Shown in pieces: positions 1 to 9,042 of a stretch of 64,000 bases of DNA. Every line of letters starts with the position of its first letter. Positions within the stretch are counted from its first letter, which is position 1. The notes under the pieces were generated by a model, which was given only the letters and a program-made list of their open reading frames with translations, was not told the origin of the DNA and ran no database searches. Source of the DNA: Bacteroidia bacterium (GTDB lineage: Bacteria > Bacteroidota > Bacteroidia > B-17B0 > Aurantibacillaceae); contig JBGASD010000004.1 of NCBI GenBank assembly GCA_044229885.1, positions 475,650 through 539,649 on the forward strand. The letters run 5' to 3'. The position numbers and the translations under genes were made by a program.

Positions 1-35
1 TTAAATACGAACGCAAATAGATTAATGATAAAAGA

Positions 36-65
36 CTAACGACTCACGACTAAATTCTAACGACT
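36..65 (+). promoter_or_regulatory. Candidate operator: direct repeats CTAACGACT (36-44, 57-65) plus a third ACGACT (46-51) just upstream of the wHTH regulator gene
   Basis: Read directly: aaagaCTAACGACTCACGACTaaattCTAACGACTttaagATG. The 9-nt repeat is spaced 21 bp (two helical turns) and ends 5 nt before the ATG at 71. Confidence 0.3.
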
Positions 66-70
66 TTAAG

Positions 71-373
71 ATGATCAATCCAAACATACATAAACTTCAT
101 AAAGCCTTCGAAAGCAGGGTGAGGTTGGGTATTATGAGTGTGTTGATGGTGAATGATAAAGTAGATTTCAATTCCTTAAAAGATCTTTTACAGGTAACCG
201 ATGGTAATTTAGCAAGCCATGCCACTGCTTTAGAGAAAGAAGGATTTATTCATATTAAAAAAGAATTTGTGGGTAAGAAAACATCAACTACTTACAGTGC
301 TACTAAAATTGGTGTAAAAGCTTTTGAAGACCATTTGGATGCCCTTGAAAAATTAATTAAAAAACTGGATTAA
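71..373 (+). CDS. Small winged-helix transcriptional regulator (HTH_34-like)
   Basis: 100-aa ORF. RLGIMSVL...DFNSLKDLLQVTDGNLASHATALEKEGFIHIKKEFVGKKTSTTYSATKIGVKAFEDHL follows the pattern of PF13601-type wHTH regulators (family recalled from memory). Lies 24 nt upstream of the next gene on the same strand. Confidence 0.7.
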   Translation: MINPNIHKLHKAFESRVRLGIMSVLMVNDKVDFNSLKDLLQVTDGNLASHATALEKEGFIHIKKEFVGKKTSTTYSATKIGVKAFEDHLDALEKLIKKLD

Positions 374-397
374 AAAAATTTAAAAAATTACTTTGAA

Positions 398-1510
398 ATG
401 CAAAGTGCTTTAGGAATATTTGGAATAATACTGCTCAGTACAGCATCATTATTATTGATCGTATATGCAATAATCGATCTTATAAAAACAAAACCAATGG
501 ATAAAATAACCTTTACAGTGGTATGTAAATTTATTGCAGAGATCTTGTTTATTGGTGTATTGCCGGGAATTGGCATTGCGTTTACAGATAATAAATGTGA
601 AGAACATCCCTTTCAAACTGAAAGCATTCCAACTGCTTACACACTTTGGATCCTATTTACTGCGGCTTATTTTATATCCCGTTATTTAAAGCAACAGCTT
701 TCGCCAATTGTAATTTCTATTATCTCTGCAATAATGGTTATTGGTTTATTATTTACAGTTACTATTTGTGTTCACTTTATACCTATGTTTCCTGCTGCTG
801 TTTTTCCGGGCATAGGCTTAATGTACCTCTCTCCATTCTTTTGCGCTTTTTATTTATTAAAAGAGATCATTCGTATGAATGCTTATTTAAAAAACTATTT
901 AGAAAAACAACAAACAACTTCAGGCAATATTGTAAACGCCTTTTATTATTCTATCCAACAAAATCATTTGGGTTTTGTAACCATTCTCGTTGCTCCTTTA
1001 TTATTGGTCATCCAGGCCGCTTTATTTTTATGCGGACAACAACCTGATTCTGTTATCACCCAATTTACCGAAAGCTGTGGTTACTTGTTATCAAAATACC
1101 AGGATTGTTCTTGCGGCGGCGGACATTACTTATGCTCTATTGCCGCTAACGGAAATAAAAAATTGGTTAAGCCAACGCGTTTTGGTGTTAGGGCAAACGA
1201 ACGCATTGTTGTTAACCGTCAGTTATTAGTTGCCAATGCTTTTGAAAATTGGTTAGAAGATCATACACCAAAATTACACCGTGTAATTCGTAATGCTTAT
1301 GATGGATGTAATATTCCGGTGAACGAATGGTCTAAACACAAACGTTTTGCCAATGTATTGTATATTTTAATGAAACCCTTGGAATGGTTATTCTTACTAT
1401 GGTTATACCTATTTGATAAAAAACCTGAAGACAGAATTGCCAAACAATATTATCCAAAACAAGAACTGAATACTTATTTAAAAAATAATAATTATGAAAG
1501 AGCTAACTAA
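398..1510 (+). CDS. Polytopic membrane protein with a Cys/His-cluster C-terminal domain, function unknown
   Basis: 370-aa ORF. The N-terminal ~210 aa are strongly hydrophobic (several TM helices). The soluble C-terminal part carries ESC-x10-CSCGGGHYLC. No family recognised with certainty. Confidence 0.55.
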   Translation: MQSALGIFGIILLSTASLLLIVYAIIDLIKTKPMDKITFTVVCKFIAEILFIGVLPGIGIAFTDNKCEEHPFQTESIPTAYTLWILFTAAYFISRYLKQQLSPIVISIISAIMVIGLLFTVTICVHFIPMFPAAVFPGIGLMYLSPFFCAFYLLKEIIRMNAYLKNYLEKQQTTSGNIVNAFYYSIQQNHLGFVTILVAPLLLVIQAALFLCGQQPDSVITQFTESCGYLLSKYQDCSCGGGHYLCSIAANGNKKLVKPTRFGVRANERIVVNRQLLVANAFENWLEDHTPKLHRVIRNAYDGCNIPVNEWSKHKRFANVLYILMKPLEWLFLLWLYLFDKKPEDRIAKQYYPKQELNTYLKNNNYERAN

Positions 1511-1958
1511 AATTCGCGTTGCCATTATTGTATTTGTAAGTTTATTAGTATTAAGTGGAGTAACTGCTTTTCCATTAAGAACAGAAATGGAGTTTTTAAT
1601 TGCTCATAAAGATTCCTTCTCTCAAACATTAGCAAACTGGATACAAACCGTTTATGATTGCGTTAAGCAAACGCCTGATGTTGTTTTGTACGGTACCGAT
1701 TGGTTAGCCTTTGCACACATTATTATTTCTTTATTCTTCGTTCCTGTTTATATTGATCCTGTTAGGTATAAAGCCAATTTAATTGTAGCAATGACAGCCT
1801 GTGGTGCTGTATTTCTTTTGGCTTTTATTTGTGGCCCAATCCGTGGTATTCCTTTCTTTCATCAATTAATAGATTGCGCTTTTGGTTTCATCGGCTTTTT
1901 TCCTTTGTATTTCGTATATAAAAAAATTACTCAGCTTGAATTAACCACTAAAAAATAA
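1494..1958 (+). CDS. Small integral membrane protein (~4 TM), function unknown
   Basis: 154-aa ORF with hydrophobic segments VAIIVFVSLLVLSGVTAF, HIIISLFFVPVYI, IVAMTACGAVFLLAFICG and FGFIGFFPLYFVY. Its start overlaps the upstream stop by 17 nt. Confidence 0.5.
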   Translation: MKELTKIRVAIIVFVSLLVLSGVTAFPLRTEMEFLIAHKDSFSQTLANWIQTVYDCVKQTPDVVLYGTDWLAFAHIIISLFFVPVYIDPVRYKANLIVAMTACGAVFLLAFICGPIRGIPFFHQLIDCAFGFIGFFPLYFVYKKITQLELTTKK

Positions 1959-1962
1959 TAAC

Positions 1963-2481
1963 ATGAACACACCTGTAAAAAATCCCCGCAAGATCACCGA
2001 TCTTTTATGGCAGATCCATCTTAAAACTTCTTCTTTTGTTGCGCATTTGGTAGGACCTATTGTTTTTAATTTCGGTGCCAAAGAACCGGGTTGGAAAATG
2101 AGTACTACACAGCTTTTGAATTTGCCAAATGGTACCGTTGGTAAAAATTTGGGTGAGTTTTTTAAAAAGAATAAGCTGGAACCCATTGCCGGCGCTGAAT
2201 TACACGATCTTTATCATGTATTATTTGGGTTCTCTTCTTCGTTTAAAGATGAAGTAGCCTTACAATTCTTTTTAAGAGGTAATGGTAAAAACTCTATCGC
2301 CTCATATAGCACTTCAGTTGGTGCCTGGTGTATATTGCCAACGGAGTGGTCGTACCTCAGATCATCGTATGAGCGCGGAAAAAAATGTAACGATATTTCA
2401 AAGTTAGATCCCGGATCAATTCTTTTTGAAAATTTTGATGAGGTAAGGGCAACATTATTTAATGAAAACAAAACAAAGTAA
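1963..2481 (+). CDS. Coq4-family (PF05019-like) protein with an intact HDxxH-x11-E motif
   Basis: 172-aa soluble ORF. HDLYH at nt 2203-2217 is followed by exactly 11 residues (VLFGFSSSFKD) and then E at 2251-2253. This reproduces the Coq4 metal-ligand signature. Confidence 0.6.
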   Translation: MNTPVKNPRKITDLLWQIHLKTSSFVAHLVGPIVFNFGAKEPGWKMSTTQLLNLPNGTVGKNLGEFFKKNKLEPIAGAELHDLYHVLFGFSSSFKDEVALQFFLRGNGKNSIASYSTSVGAWCILPTEWSYLRSSYERGKKCNDISKLDPGSILFENFDEVRATLFNENKTK

Positions 2482-3190
2482 GATGCATACAACAAAAAAA
2501 TTAATTGCCTGGGTTAGTTTATTTGCAATAGCTATGGGCTTTATGGAAAGTGTAATAGTTATTTATTTGCGGGAGTTGTATTATAAAGGTGGTTTTGAAT
2601 TTCCTTTAAAAGAGATATCACCATTCGTAGCGCGACTCGAATTTTTTAGAGAGATAGCAACCATTATTATGTTGGTGGGTTGTGGTATTATGGCCGGAAA
2701 AAATAAACTGCAACGCTTTGCCTATTTTGTTTTAGCCTTTGCCATCTGGGATATTTTTTATTATGTATTCCTTTATGTTTGTTTGGGCTGGCCACAAAGT
2801 TTAGTTACCTGGGATATTTTATTTTTAGTGCCAATGCCATGGGTTGGTCCGGTGTGGGCACCTTGTCTGTTGTGCTTGTTAATGATCGTAGGCTCTGTAT
2901 TTGTTATTTATAAGGTTGATGAGCAGCCTGATTATAAAGTGGGACGCTCATTCTGGTGGCTTTTAATTTCAGGCGCTGTGGTTTGCATTGTTTCATTTAT
3001 GTGGGATTATATTTTATTTACAAATAGAAACGGTTCAAGTTGGAATATTGTTTCTGATAAAAATTTATTTTCCGAGATAGATACATATATACCAACTGAA
3101 TTTAACTCTCCTTTGTTTTTTGCCGGTTTCTTATTAATGCTTTTTCCTGTTGCTTATTCTATTTATACATCCAAAAAAATTAAAAACTAA
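2462..3190 (+). CDS. Integral membrane protein (~6-7 TM), function unknown
   Basis: 242-aa ORF, hydrophobic throughout (WDIFYYVFLYVCLGWP, WDILFLVPMPWVGPVWAPCLLCLLMIVG). An alternative ATG at 2483 would remove the 20-nt overlap with the upstream gene. Confidence 0.5.
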   Translation: MKTKQSKMHTTKKLIAWVSLFAIAMGFMESVIVIYLRELYYKGGFEFPLKEISPFVARLEFFREIATIIMLVGCGIMAGKNKLQRFAYFVLAFAIWDIFYYVFLYVCLGWPQSLVTWDILFLVPMPWVGPVWAPCLLCLLMIVGSVFVIYKVDEQPDYKVGRSFWWLLISGAVVCIVSFMWDYILFTNRNGSSWNIVSDKNLFSEIDTYIPTEFNSPLFFAGFLLMLFPVAYSIYTSKKIKN

Positions 3191-3195
3191 ACAAA

Positions 3196-5097
3196 ATGAA
3201 AAGAAACGATTGGTTACTTATTGCTACTGCAATTATCTTTAGTATCTTATTTTACAAACAGGCTACCGGTTTAAATTATTTATTATTTACCGGCCTGGTA
3301 ACAGCCGTTGTAGGATATTTTAATCCTGAAAAAGTAAAAACACAGCAATTTTGGTATTACGCAGTTTTAAGTATTTTGTGTGGTATAGCAGTATTTTATG
3401 TAAACAGTAATTTAAGTGTGTTTGCCTGCATTCTATCCTTATTTATTTTTTCAGGTAAAACCTTTAATTATAAAAATTCTATTATTGTTAACTTAGGTTT
3501 TAGTGTCGGGTCAATCATATCGTCGGTTGTATTTGTTATTATTGACCAGGTGCAACTTCGAAAACAAAATGTGGCGCCGGCAAATTCAAAAAAATTAAAG
3601 ATCTATTTCGGTATTGCTATTGCGTTAATTATTTCTATTGTGTTTTTTGCACTATATCAACAGGCAAATCCTTTATTTAAAGAATTCACTAAAAATATTG
3701 ATCTGAGTTGGATAAGTATTGGCTGGTGCTTATTTACAGTGTGGGGTTTTTTAGTAATGTATGGTTTAGTGTATTACAGAGATATTCCTGCATTTACCGA
3801 ATGGGATATTAAATTTAACCGCACCCTCGAAAATACGAATACAGCTGATGAACCAAAGGAGATCAATAACAATACTATAATTGCTTTATCCTTATTTGGT
3901 TTATTAAACCTGATGTTGGTATTTGTAAACTCACTGGATCTTATAAATTTATTTGGCTCACAGGAATTGCCAAAAGGCATTTACCTTTCAGATTTTGTGC
4001 ATAATGCCGTGTGGAGTTTAATATTCTCAATTGTTATTGCAGTTGGTTTAATTATGTGGTTCTTTAAAGGTGATCTTAATTTTAATAAACAGTCAAAAAC
4101 ATTAAAACTGTTGGTTTATTTCTGGATACTGCAAAGCGCTGTAATGGTAGTTTCTGCTATGGTACGTAACGGTATGTATGTTGCAGAGTATCAATTAACC
4201 TACCTGCGAATTGGAGTATATGTATTTTTATCGTTAAGCCTTGTTGGATTATTTTTTACAGGTTTAAAGATCGCAAAAACAAAAAGCGCATGGTATTTGG
4301 TGCGTCAGAATTTTGAAGCATGGTTTTTGTTATTGAGCTTATGTTCTTTTGTAAATTGGGATAAGATCATATCGGATTATAATATTGCGCATGCAAAAAC
4401 ATTTAAAGCTTTGGATAAATCATATCTCGTAGGATTATCAAACGCTAATTTGCCTGAATTGACCACTGTTTTTTTGGGTGATAAAAAAGATAGTTTGTTT
4501 AATGAAACAGAAAAATTTCAAAGAAATTACATATTCAAACAATACTCATGGCGACTGTACCAATTTATGGTTGAAACTAAAAAAGAAACCTGGCAAAGTT
4601 TTAATTTAAGAGATAAAGCAATTGCAGAAAAAATGAGTGTACATTTTAAAAATAATGTTGTAACACACATGGCACTTGATACCTGGGGAATAGTAGAATT
4701 GAAAAATATGTTGACGCTTAACAAACTGAAAGTTTTAAATTTAAGCAATACCCCTACAGACTTTGAACTGATTGCCTTTTTTAAAGATATTGAAGAACTG
4801 AGTTTTAGCAACTTTAACGGTAAATACTTACGAAACCTTCTTTTAAATAAAAATTTAAAAAAGTTTGAAGTAATGGCCTATTATGAAGGAGTAAGGGAGT
4901 TTCAGATATTTAAAGCTTTAAAAAAATTAGAAGTTATTTCACTTCCTTCAATTACCAATGATGAGCTTCTTACATTGAACGGACATCAATCTTTAAAATC
5001 AGTACAAATAACAACGCTCTTCGATGAGCAAAGAGAATTTATAAAAAATAACCGTTTATCATTTGAAGTGAAGGAGGTAGGCTATGCGGGCAGATAA
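3196..5097 (+). CDS. Large polytopic membrane protein (DUF4173/DUF4153-like, from memory) with a C-terminal LRR-like module
   Basis: 633-aa ORF. About 400 aa contain many TM helices. The C-terminal ~120 aa (nt ~4690-5040) carry ~22-25-aa leucine-rich periodic units: LNKLKVLNLSNT, IEELSFSNF, NLKKFEVMAY, LKKLEVISLPS, SLKSVQITT. Confidence 0.5.
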   Translation: MKRNDWLLIATAIIFSILFYKQATGLNYLLFTGLVTAVVGYFNPEKVKTQQFWYYAVLSILCGIAVFYVNSNLSVFACILSLFIFSGKTFNYKNSIIVNLGFSVGSIISSVVFVIIDQVQLRKQNVAPANSKKLKIYFGIAIALIISIVFFALYQQANPLFKEFTKNIDLSWISIGWCLFTVWGFLVMYGLVYYRDIPAFTEWDIKFNRTLENTNTADEPKEINNNTIIALSLFGLLNLMLVFVNSLDLINLFGSQELPKGIYLSDFVHNAVWSLIFSIVIAVGLIMWFFKGDLNFNKQSKTLKLLVYFWILQSAVMVVSAMVRNGMYVAEYQLTYLRIGVYVFLSLSLVGLFFTGLKIAKTKSAWYLVRQNFEAWFLLLSLCSFVNWDKIISDYNIAHAKTFKALDKSYLVGLSNANLPELTTVFLGDKKDSLFNETEKFQRNYIFKQYSWRLYQFMVETKKETWQSFNLRDKAIAEKMSVHFKNNVVTHMALDTWGIVELKNMLTLNKLKVLNLSNTPTDFELIAFFKDIEELSFSNFNGKYLRNLLLNKNLKKFEVMAYYEGVREFQIFKALKKLEVISLPSITNDELLTLNGHQSLKSVQITTLFDEQREFIKNNRLSFEVKEVGYAGR

Positions 5098-5728
5098 TTT
5101 GTTTAAACTGTTTTGTTTTTGTTTGCTCTTGCTTATTGTAAGGATCATGAAAACCGATCAATGGTCGTATGCATTTTTGATCTGGAACTTATTCCTAGCG
5201 TTCATTCCATATATTCTTATAAAAAACTACAAAGACAATCAGCACAAGATCTTGCAGGCTGCAATAATTGGCGCAACCATTTTATTCTTGCCTAATGCAC
5301 CGTATATTATGACCGATCTTTTTCATTTGCGGGCCCGTATTGCCGCACCCATGTGGCTGGATCTTATTTTAATTTTAAGTTTTGCGTTCTTGGGGATGGT
5401 ATTCTTTATTCTCAGCGTTAACCGTTTGTTGGCTATTTCAAATGCTTTGTTCAATTCAAGATGGATAACCAGCGGTATAAAATTCTTTATCATGCTTTCA
5501 AGCGCATACGGCATTTATTTAGGGCGTTATTTGCGCTTTAACAGTTGGGATATTGTTTCGGACCCTTTTCATCTCGCAAAAAAAATGTTGCTTTCGGTTT
5601 TTGATGCTGATTGTTATAAAGAAACCTTTGCTGTTACCATTACATTTACCATTTTCTTATATTTAATATTTGAAATAGTGGCATCCTTAAAAAATGCAAC
5701 TAATACGCAGACAAATGAATTATCTTAA
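5084..5728 (+). CDS. Integral membrane protein, DUF1361-like
   Basis: 214-aa ORF. Motifs WNLFLAFIPY and LFLPNAPYIMTDLFHL resemble the DUF1361 family (from memory). It overlaps the upstream stop by 14 nt. An alternative start is the ATG at 5147. Confidence 0.5.
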   Translation: MRADNLFKLFCFCLLLLIVRIMKTDQWSYAFLIWNLFLAFIPYILIKNYKDNQHKILQAAIIGATILFLPNAPYIMTDLFHLRARIAAPMWLDLILILSFAFLGMVFFILSVNRLLAISNALFNSRWITSGIKFFIMLSSAYGIYLGRYLRFNSWDIVSDPFHLAKKMLLSVFDADCYKETFAVTITFTIFLYLIFEIVASLKNATNTQTNELS

Positions 5729-6080
5729 AAAACGCAGTAATGCTTTTAAAGCCGCTTTTACAGGTCTTTATCAGGCTTTTAAAAGTGAGCCCCATTTAAA
5801 GATCCATCTGATATTTACAGTTATTGTAATAATTGCCGGAATTTATTTTTCAATTTCAAAGGTCGAATGGTTTGCTGTTGGGGCATGTATTACTTTGGTA
5901 ATTGCATTAGAACTGATCAATTCCGCTATGGAAAAAATGTGCGACCTCTATTCAAAAGAAAACGATGTGCGTATAAAATATATTAAGGATGTGGCGGCTG
6001 GCGCAGTGCTTGTAGCTTCAATATTTGCTGCTATTACGGGCGTTATTGTATTTTGGCCATATGTAAAACAACTTATTTAA
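5694..6080 (+). CDS. dgkA: Diacylglycerol kinase / undecaprenol kinase family (DgkA) membrane protein
   Basis: 128-aa ORF with three TM segments. LELINSAMEKMCD and DVAAGAVLVASIFAAITG are typical of the DgkA family. The probable true start is the ATG at 5715 (MNYLKKRSNAFKAAFTG). Confidence 0.8.
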   Translation: MQLIRRQMNYLKKRSNAFKAAFTGLYQAFKSEPHLKIHLIFTVIVIIAGIYFSISKVEWFAVGACITLVIALELINSAMEKMCDLYSKENDVRIKYIKDVAAGAVLVASIFAAITGVIVFWPYVKQLI

Positions 6081-6231
6081 AATTAACACTCCCTGTTCAA
6101 TAACTTTTAAGTTAGCGATCTTAAATTCTAAGCTTAGTCTTTAATTTAGATGTATCAATAGTATCTTAATATATTCGGTAAAGAATAGTAATCGCTTAAA
6201 TTATATTTTAAGAACCTTATTAAGCAGCGCT

Positions 6232-7446
6232 TTGGGTTTAGAGGTGATTCAAATTTTTAACGAACAAGAGTTTTCGGCTTCTTCGTCTCCAAAAATTAAT
6301 TTTTCGGATAAAAAAAATGAAAATTGTTTAACCATAAAACCTCATTCTATTTTATTTGATGTGGGCATAAAAGATTATCCCGTAGCCGTAAATACACATC
6401 CACAATTCTCAAAGGTGTTCTTTAAAACTTCCAATGAAGAAATACCTTTTGATCTTTTTGGAGCAGCCTTTTGGCTTTTATCGCGTTACGAAGAATATCT
6501 TCCTTTTAAAACAGATGAGCATAATAGGTTTCATTACCGTTCAAGCCTGTCGTACCAATACGATTTTATTCAAACACCCTTAATTAATTTATGGTTGAAT
6601 GAATTGCAAACTATTCTTCAAACTAAATTTCCTTCGTTAAAATTTAAACCAAATAAATACCGTTTTATTTCTACCATCGATGTTGATAATGCTTTTAAAT
6701 TTAAACACAAAGGCTTTGTTCGTTCAATTGCGGGATATTTAAAAGATGTGTTCATCAAAGACAGTTCAAGTATTAAAGATCGTTTTAAAGTTATTTCGGG
6801 CAGTAAAAAAGATCCCTTTGATTGTTACGATTTTTTAATTGATGCCAATAAAAAGAATGGAGTAGAGGCTATTTATTTTTTTCTGTTGGGAGATTATGGG
6901 CCAAATGATAAGAACCAGGCAGCAACTAATTTGTCTTTTCAGTCCTTAATAAAAAAGATGGCAGATTATTCGCAGGTTGGAATTCATCCTTCTTATGGTT
7001 CTACAAATAAAATGCAACAAATAAAAGTAGAGGTCAGTCGTCTTTCAAATATCATTCATACACCTGTTACTATTAGCAGGCAACATTATTCTATTTTAAG
7101 ATTCCCACAAACCTATAATAATTTGTTGCAGGCCGGAATTGAAAAAGAATATTCTATGGGTTATACCAATTTGAATGGTTTCAGGGCATCTTATTGTTTC
7201 GCTTACCAATGGTACAATATCGAAAATGAAATGCTAACGGGCTTAACGATCAATCCTTTTTGCATTTCTGAAAACACCTTATTGTATTATTCTAAAAAAG
7301 AAAATAAACCTGCCTCAGAGCTTGCTATTGCGATCATTAACGAAGTAAAAAAATATAATGGTCAATTGATCTCTATTTTTCACAACGATACTTTTGATGA
7401 AAAAATGAAAGCGTTTTACCTTGAGTTTTTGCTGCTTGCCAAATAA
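6232..7446 (+). CDS. Hypothetical protein (weak resemblance to polysaccharide-deacetylase-fold proteins)
   Basis: 404-aa ORF with a TTG start. Soluble, with no clear catalytic motif read. The family guess is weak. Confidence 0.35.
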   Translation: MGLEVIQIFNEQEFSASSSPKINFSDKKNENCLTIKPHSILFDVGIKDYPVAVNTHPQFSKVFFKTSNEEIPFDLFGAAFWLLSRYEEYLPFKTDEHNRFHYRSSLSYQYDFIQTPLINLWLNELQTILQTKFPSLKFKPNKYRFISTIDVDNAFKFKHKGFVRSIAGYLKDVFIKDSSSIKDRFKVISGSKKDPFDCYDFLIDANKKNGVEAIYFFLLGDYGPNDKNQAATNLSFQSLIKKMADYSQVGIHPSYGSTNKMQQIKVEVSRLSNIIHTPVTISRQHYSILRFPQTYNNLLQAGIEKEYSMGYTNLNGFRASYCFAYQWYNIENEMLTGLTINPFCISENTLLYYSKKENKPASELAIAIINEVKKYNGQLISIFHNDTFDEKMKAFYLEFLLLAK

Positions 7447-7448
7447 GA

Positions 7449-8459
7449 TCAGTTGCTTTTTTTAGATACTGTTCGCGCTTGGGGTATGAATAATTCAGAT
7501 AATATGCCTTTAATAGACACAACGTTTAAAGGTAATTCAAGCAACACATGTAAAAAACTTAGAAAAAAAAGACATTGAAAACCTGTTTTGTAATCATATG
7601 CGTAAGCTCCCAATGCCATTAGCCATAATACAGCAATAACAATTAAGCGCTGTTTTGAAACTTTATGCCAGGCAATAATTTCAGTTTTTGAAAACCAATT
7701 TAAATAGTGATAAGTGTAGGCAAACGCTATAAACCGCATAACTATAATGCCCTGGCTTGAAAAATAGATGTTATTTGTTATGGTTTGGCCATTTGTCATA
7801 TCAAGATCAGTGAATTGTTTTAATGTAAAAAAATTAGTGCCCTCAAAATTTTTGTAGGCCTTAAAAGCGTAATCGGAAATCTTATAAGAAGCCGCACCAT
7901 TAAAAAAGCTCAATACTATAATCGGAAACAACATCATTACCCAAAATGAAATGTATCCGCTTTTGCTTTTTGTTTTTAAAGCGCCGTAAAGCATGAATAA
8001 AGCAGTAAATAAAAAAACATGTATTAACGTAGGTAAAAAAACAGATAAAAGTAAAAATAAGTGTGTTGAATATTTTAACGTAATGATGGCAAATAAAAAA
8101 GCTAATAAGCGATAAGTTGTTTTTTTAACAAAAACAAAAATTACAGAAGATACAACTGCTAAATAAATAAATTGGTTGAGAAGTTGGCTACTGATGTTAA
8201 GTTTAAAATTAAGTAAAGATCCTATTACGGGTAGTGCAATTAATGCTGATAAGATCAGTAACAGAATGTAGTCATATTTTTTGCCGGTATAATATTGTTT
8301 ATTATGTAACCAGCTTACTTCTGTAAGGTAATGCAATGGCCCAAGAATTGCGTATGAAAACAGGAAAAGTTCAAATGGTAAATAAAGCGCTACGATAGTG
8401 CTTAGTATTATGAGTAAAATATTGACATAATTTATTTTATCCAGCCTTGTTAAATTCAT
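7449..8459 (-). CDS. Polytopic membrane protein, function unknown
   Basis: 336-aa ORF, hydrophobic throughout. Histidine-containing motifs GPLHYLTEVSWLH and SFLHVLLELPLN. Confidence 0.45.
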   Translation of the reverse strand: MNLTRLDKINYVNILLIILSTIVALYLPFELFLFSYAILGPLHYLTEVSWLHNKQYYTGKKYDYILLLILSALIALPVIGSLLNFKLNISSQLLNQFIYLAVVSSVIFVFVKKTTYRLLAFLFAIITLKYSTHLFLLLSVFLPTLIHVFLFTALFMLYGALKTKSKSGYISFWVMMLFPIIVLSFFNGAASYKISDYAFKAYKNFEGTNFFTLKQFTDLDMTNGQTITNNIYFSSQGIIVMRFIAFAYTYHYLNWFSKTEIIAWHKVSKQRLIVIAVLWLMALGAYAYDYKTGFQCLFFLSFLHVLLELPLNVVSIKGILSELFIPQARTVSKKSN

Positions 8460-8570
8460 ATATAATATTGCTTTGCGTAAAACCTATTTAGAAAATTTAA
8501 GTAAAAATAATGGGCTTTCTTTTGTGAAAAAATGAGATGGCTCAATAGCGGTATATGATATTCATCATTT

Positions 8571-8912
8571 TTACCCAATAATGTCATAAAGTCCCCAGAA
8601 CATAAAAATAAGGCCTGCTGTTGTAAGGCCATAAAGGGCTATAGCGAAAGGTTGATTGTAGTGAAAGTTTACACAGGTTATAATAAAACCACTAAATAAT
8701 AATATACCAGCCAAGGCCAGTTTTTGAAGACCTTTTTTTCGCCTGGCTGCGTGACTTATCTTTTTTATTTCTTTAAATACAACTGTAACCAATAATTTAT
8801 CATCCGTTTTTTGATTTAGCAGTTTCTCAATTTCTTCAAGGTCTTTGCCGGAATTTAAATGCTCAATTGTAAGTTCTTTAAGACTTTCATACAACTCATT
8901 ATTATACGTCAT
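8571..8912 (-). CDS. Small membrane protein (soluble N-terminal domain plus 2 TM), function unknown
   Basis: 113-aa ORF. A charged N-terminal 60 aa is followed by LALAGILLFSGFIITCV and AIALYGLTTAGLIFMFWGLY. Confidence 0.4.
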   Translation of the reverse strand: MTYNNELYESLKELTIEHLNSGKDLEEIEKLLNQKTDDKLLVTVVFKEIKKISHAARRKKGLQKLALAGILLFSGFIITCVNFHYNQPFAIALYGLTTAGLIFMFWGLYDIIG

Positions 8913-9042
8913 GGCTAAAGTTTATACCAATTTATTATAATCCTGATTGCATTCAAATGACGAATGTCAGTTGTTAGTTACTCTGAACTAATTTAAATAG
9001 CAAAAAACACGTAGGCGATAAAAGAAGCAGGTCCAATAGTAA

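Noticed and set aside
646-1229. Alternative-frame ORFs 646-1047 and 990-1229 within the 398-1510 membrane-protein gene
   Set aside because: They are out of frame with a longer, coherent TM-rich ORF. Their translations are Cys/Tyr/Phe-rich with no structure. Treated as spurious.
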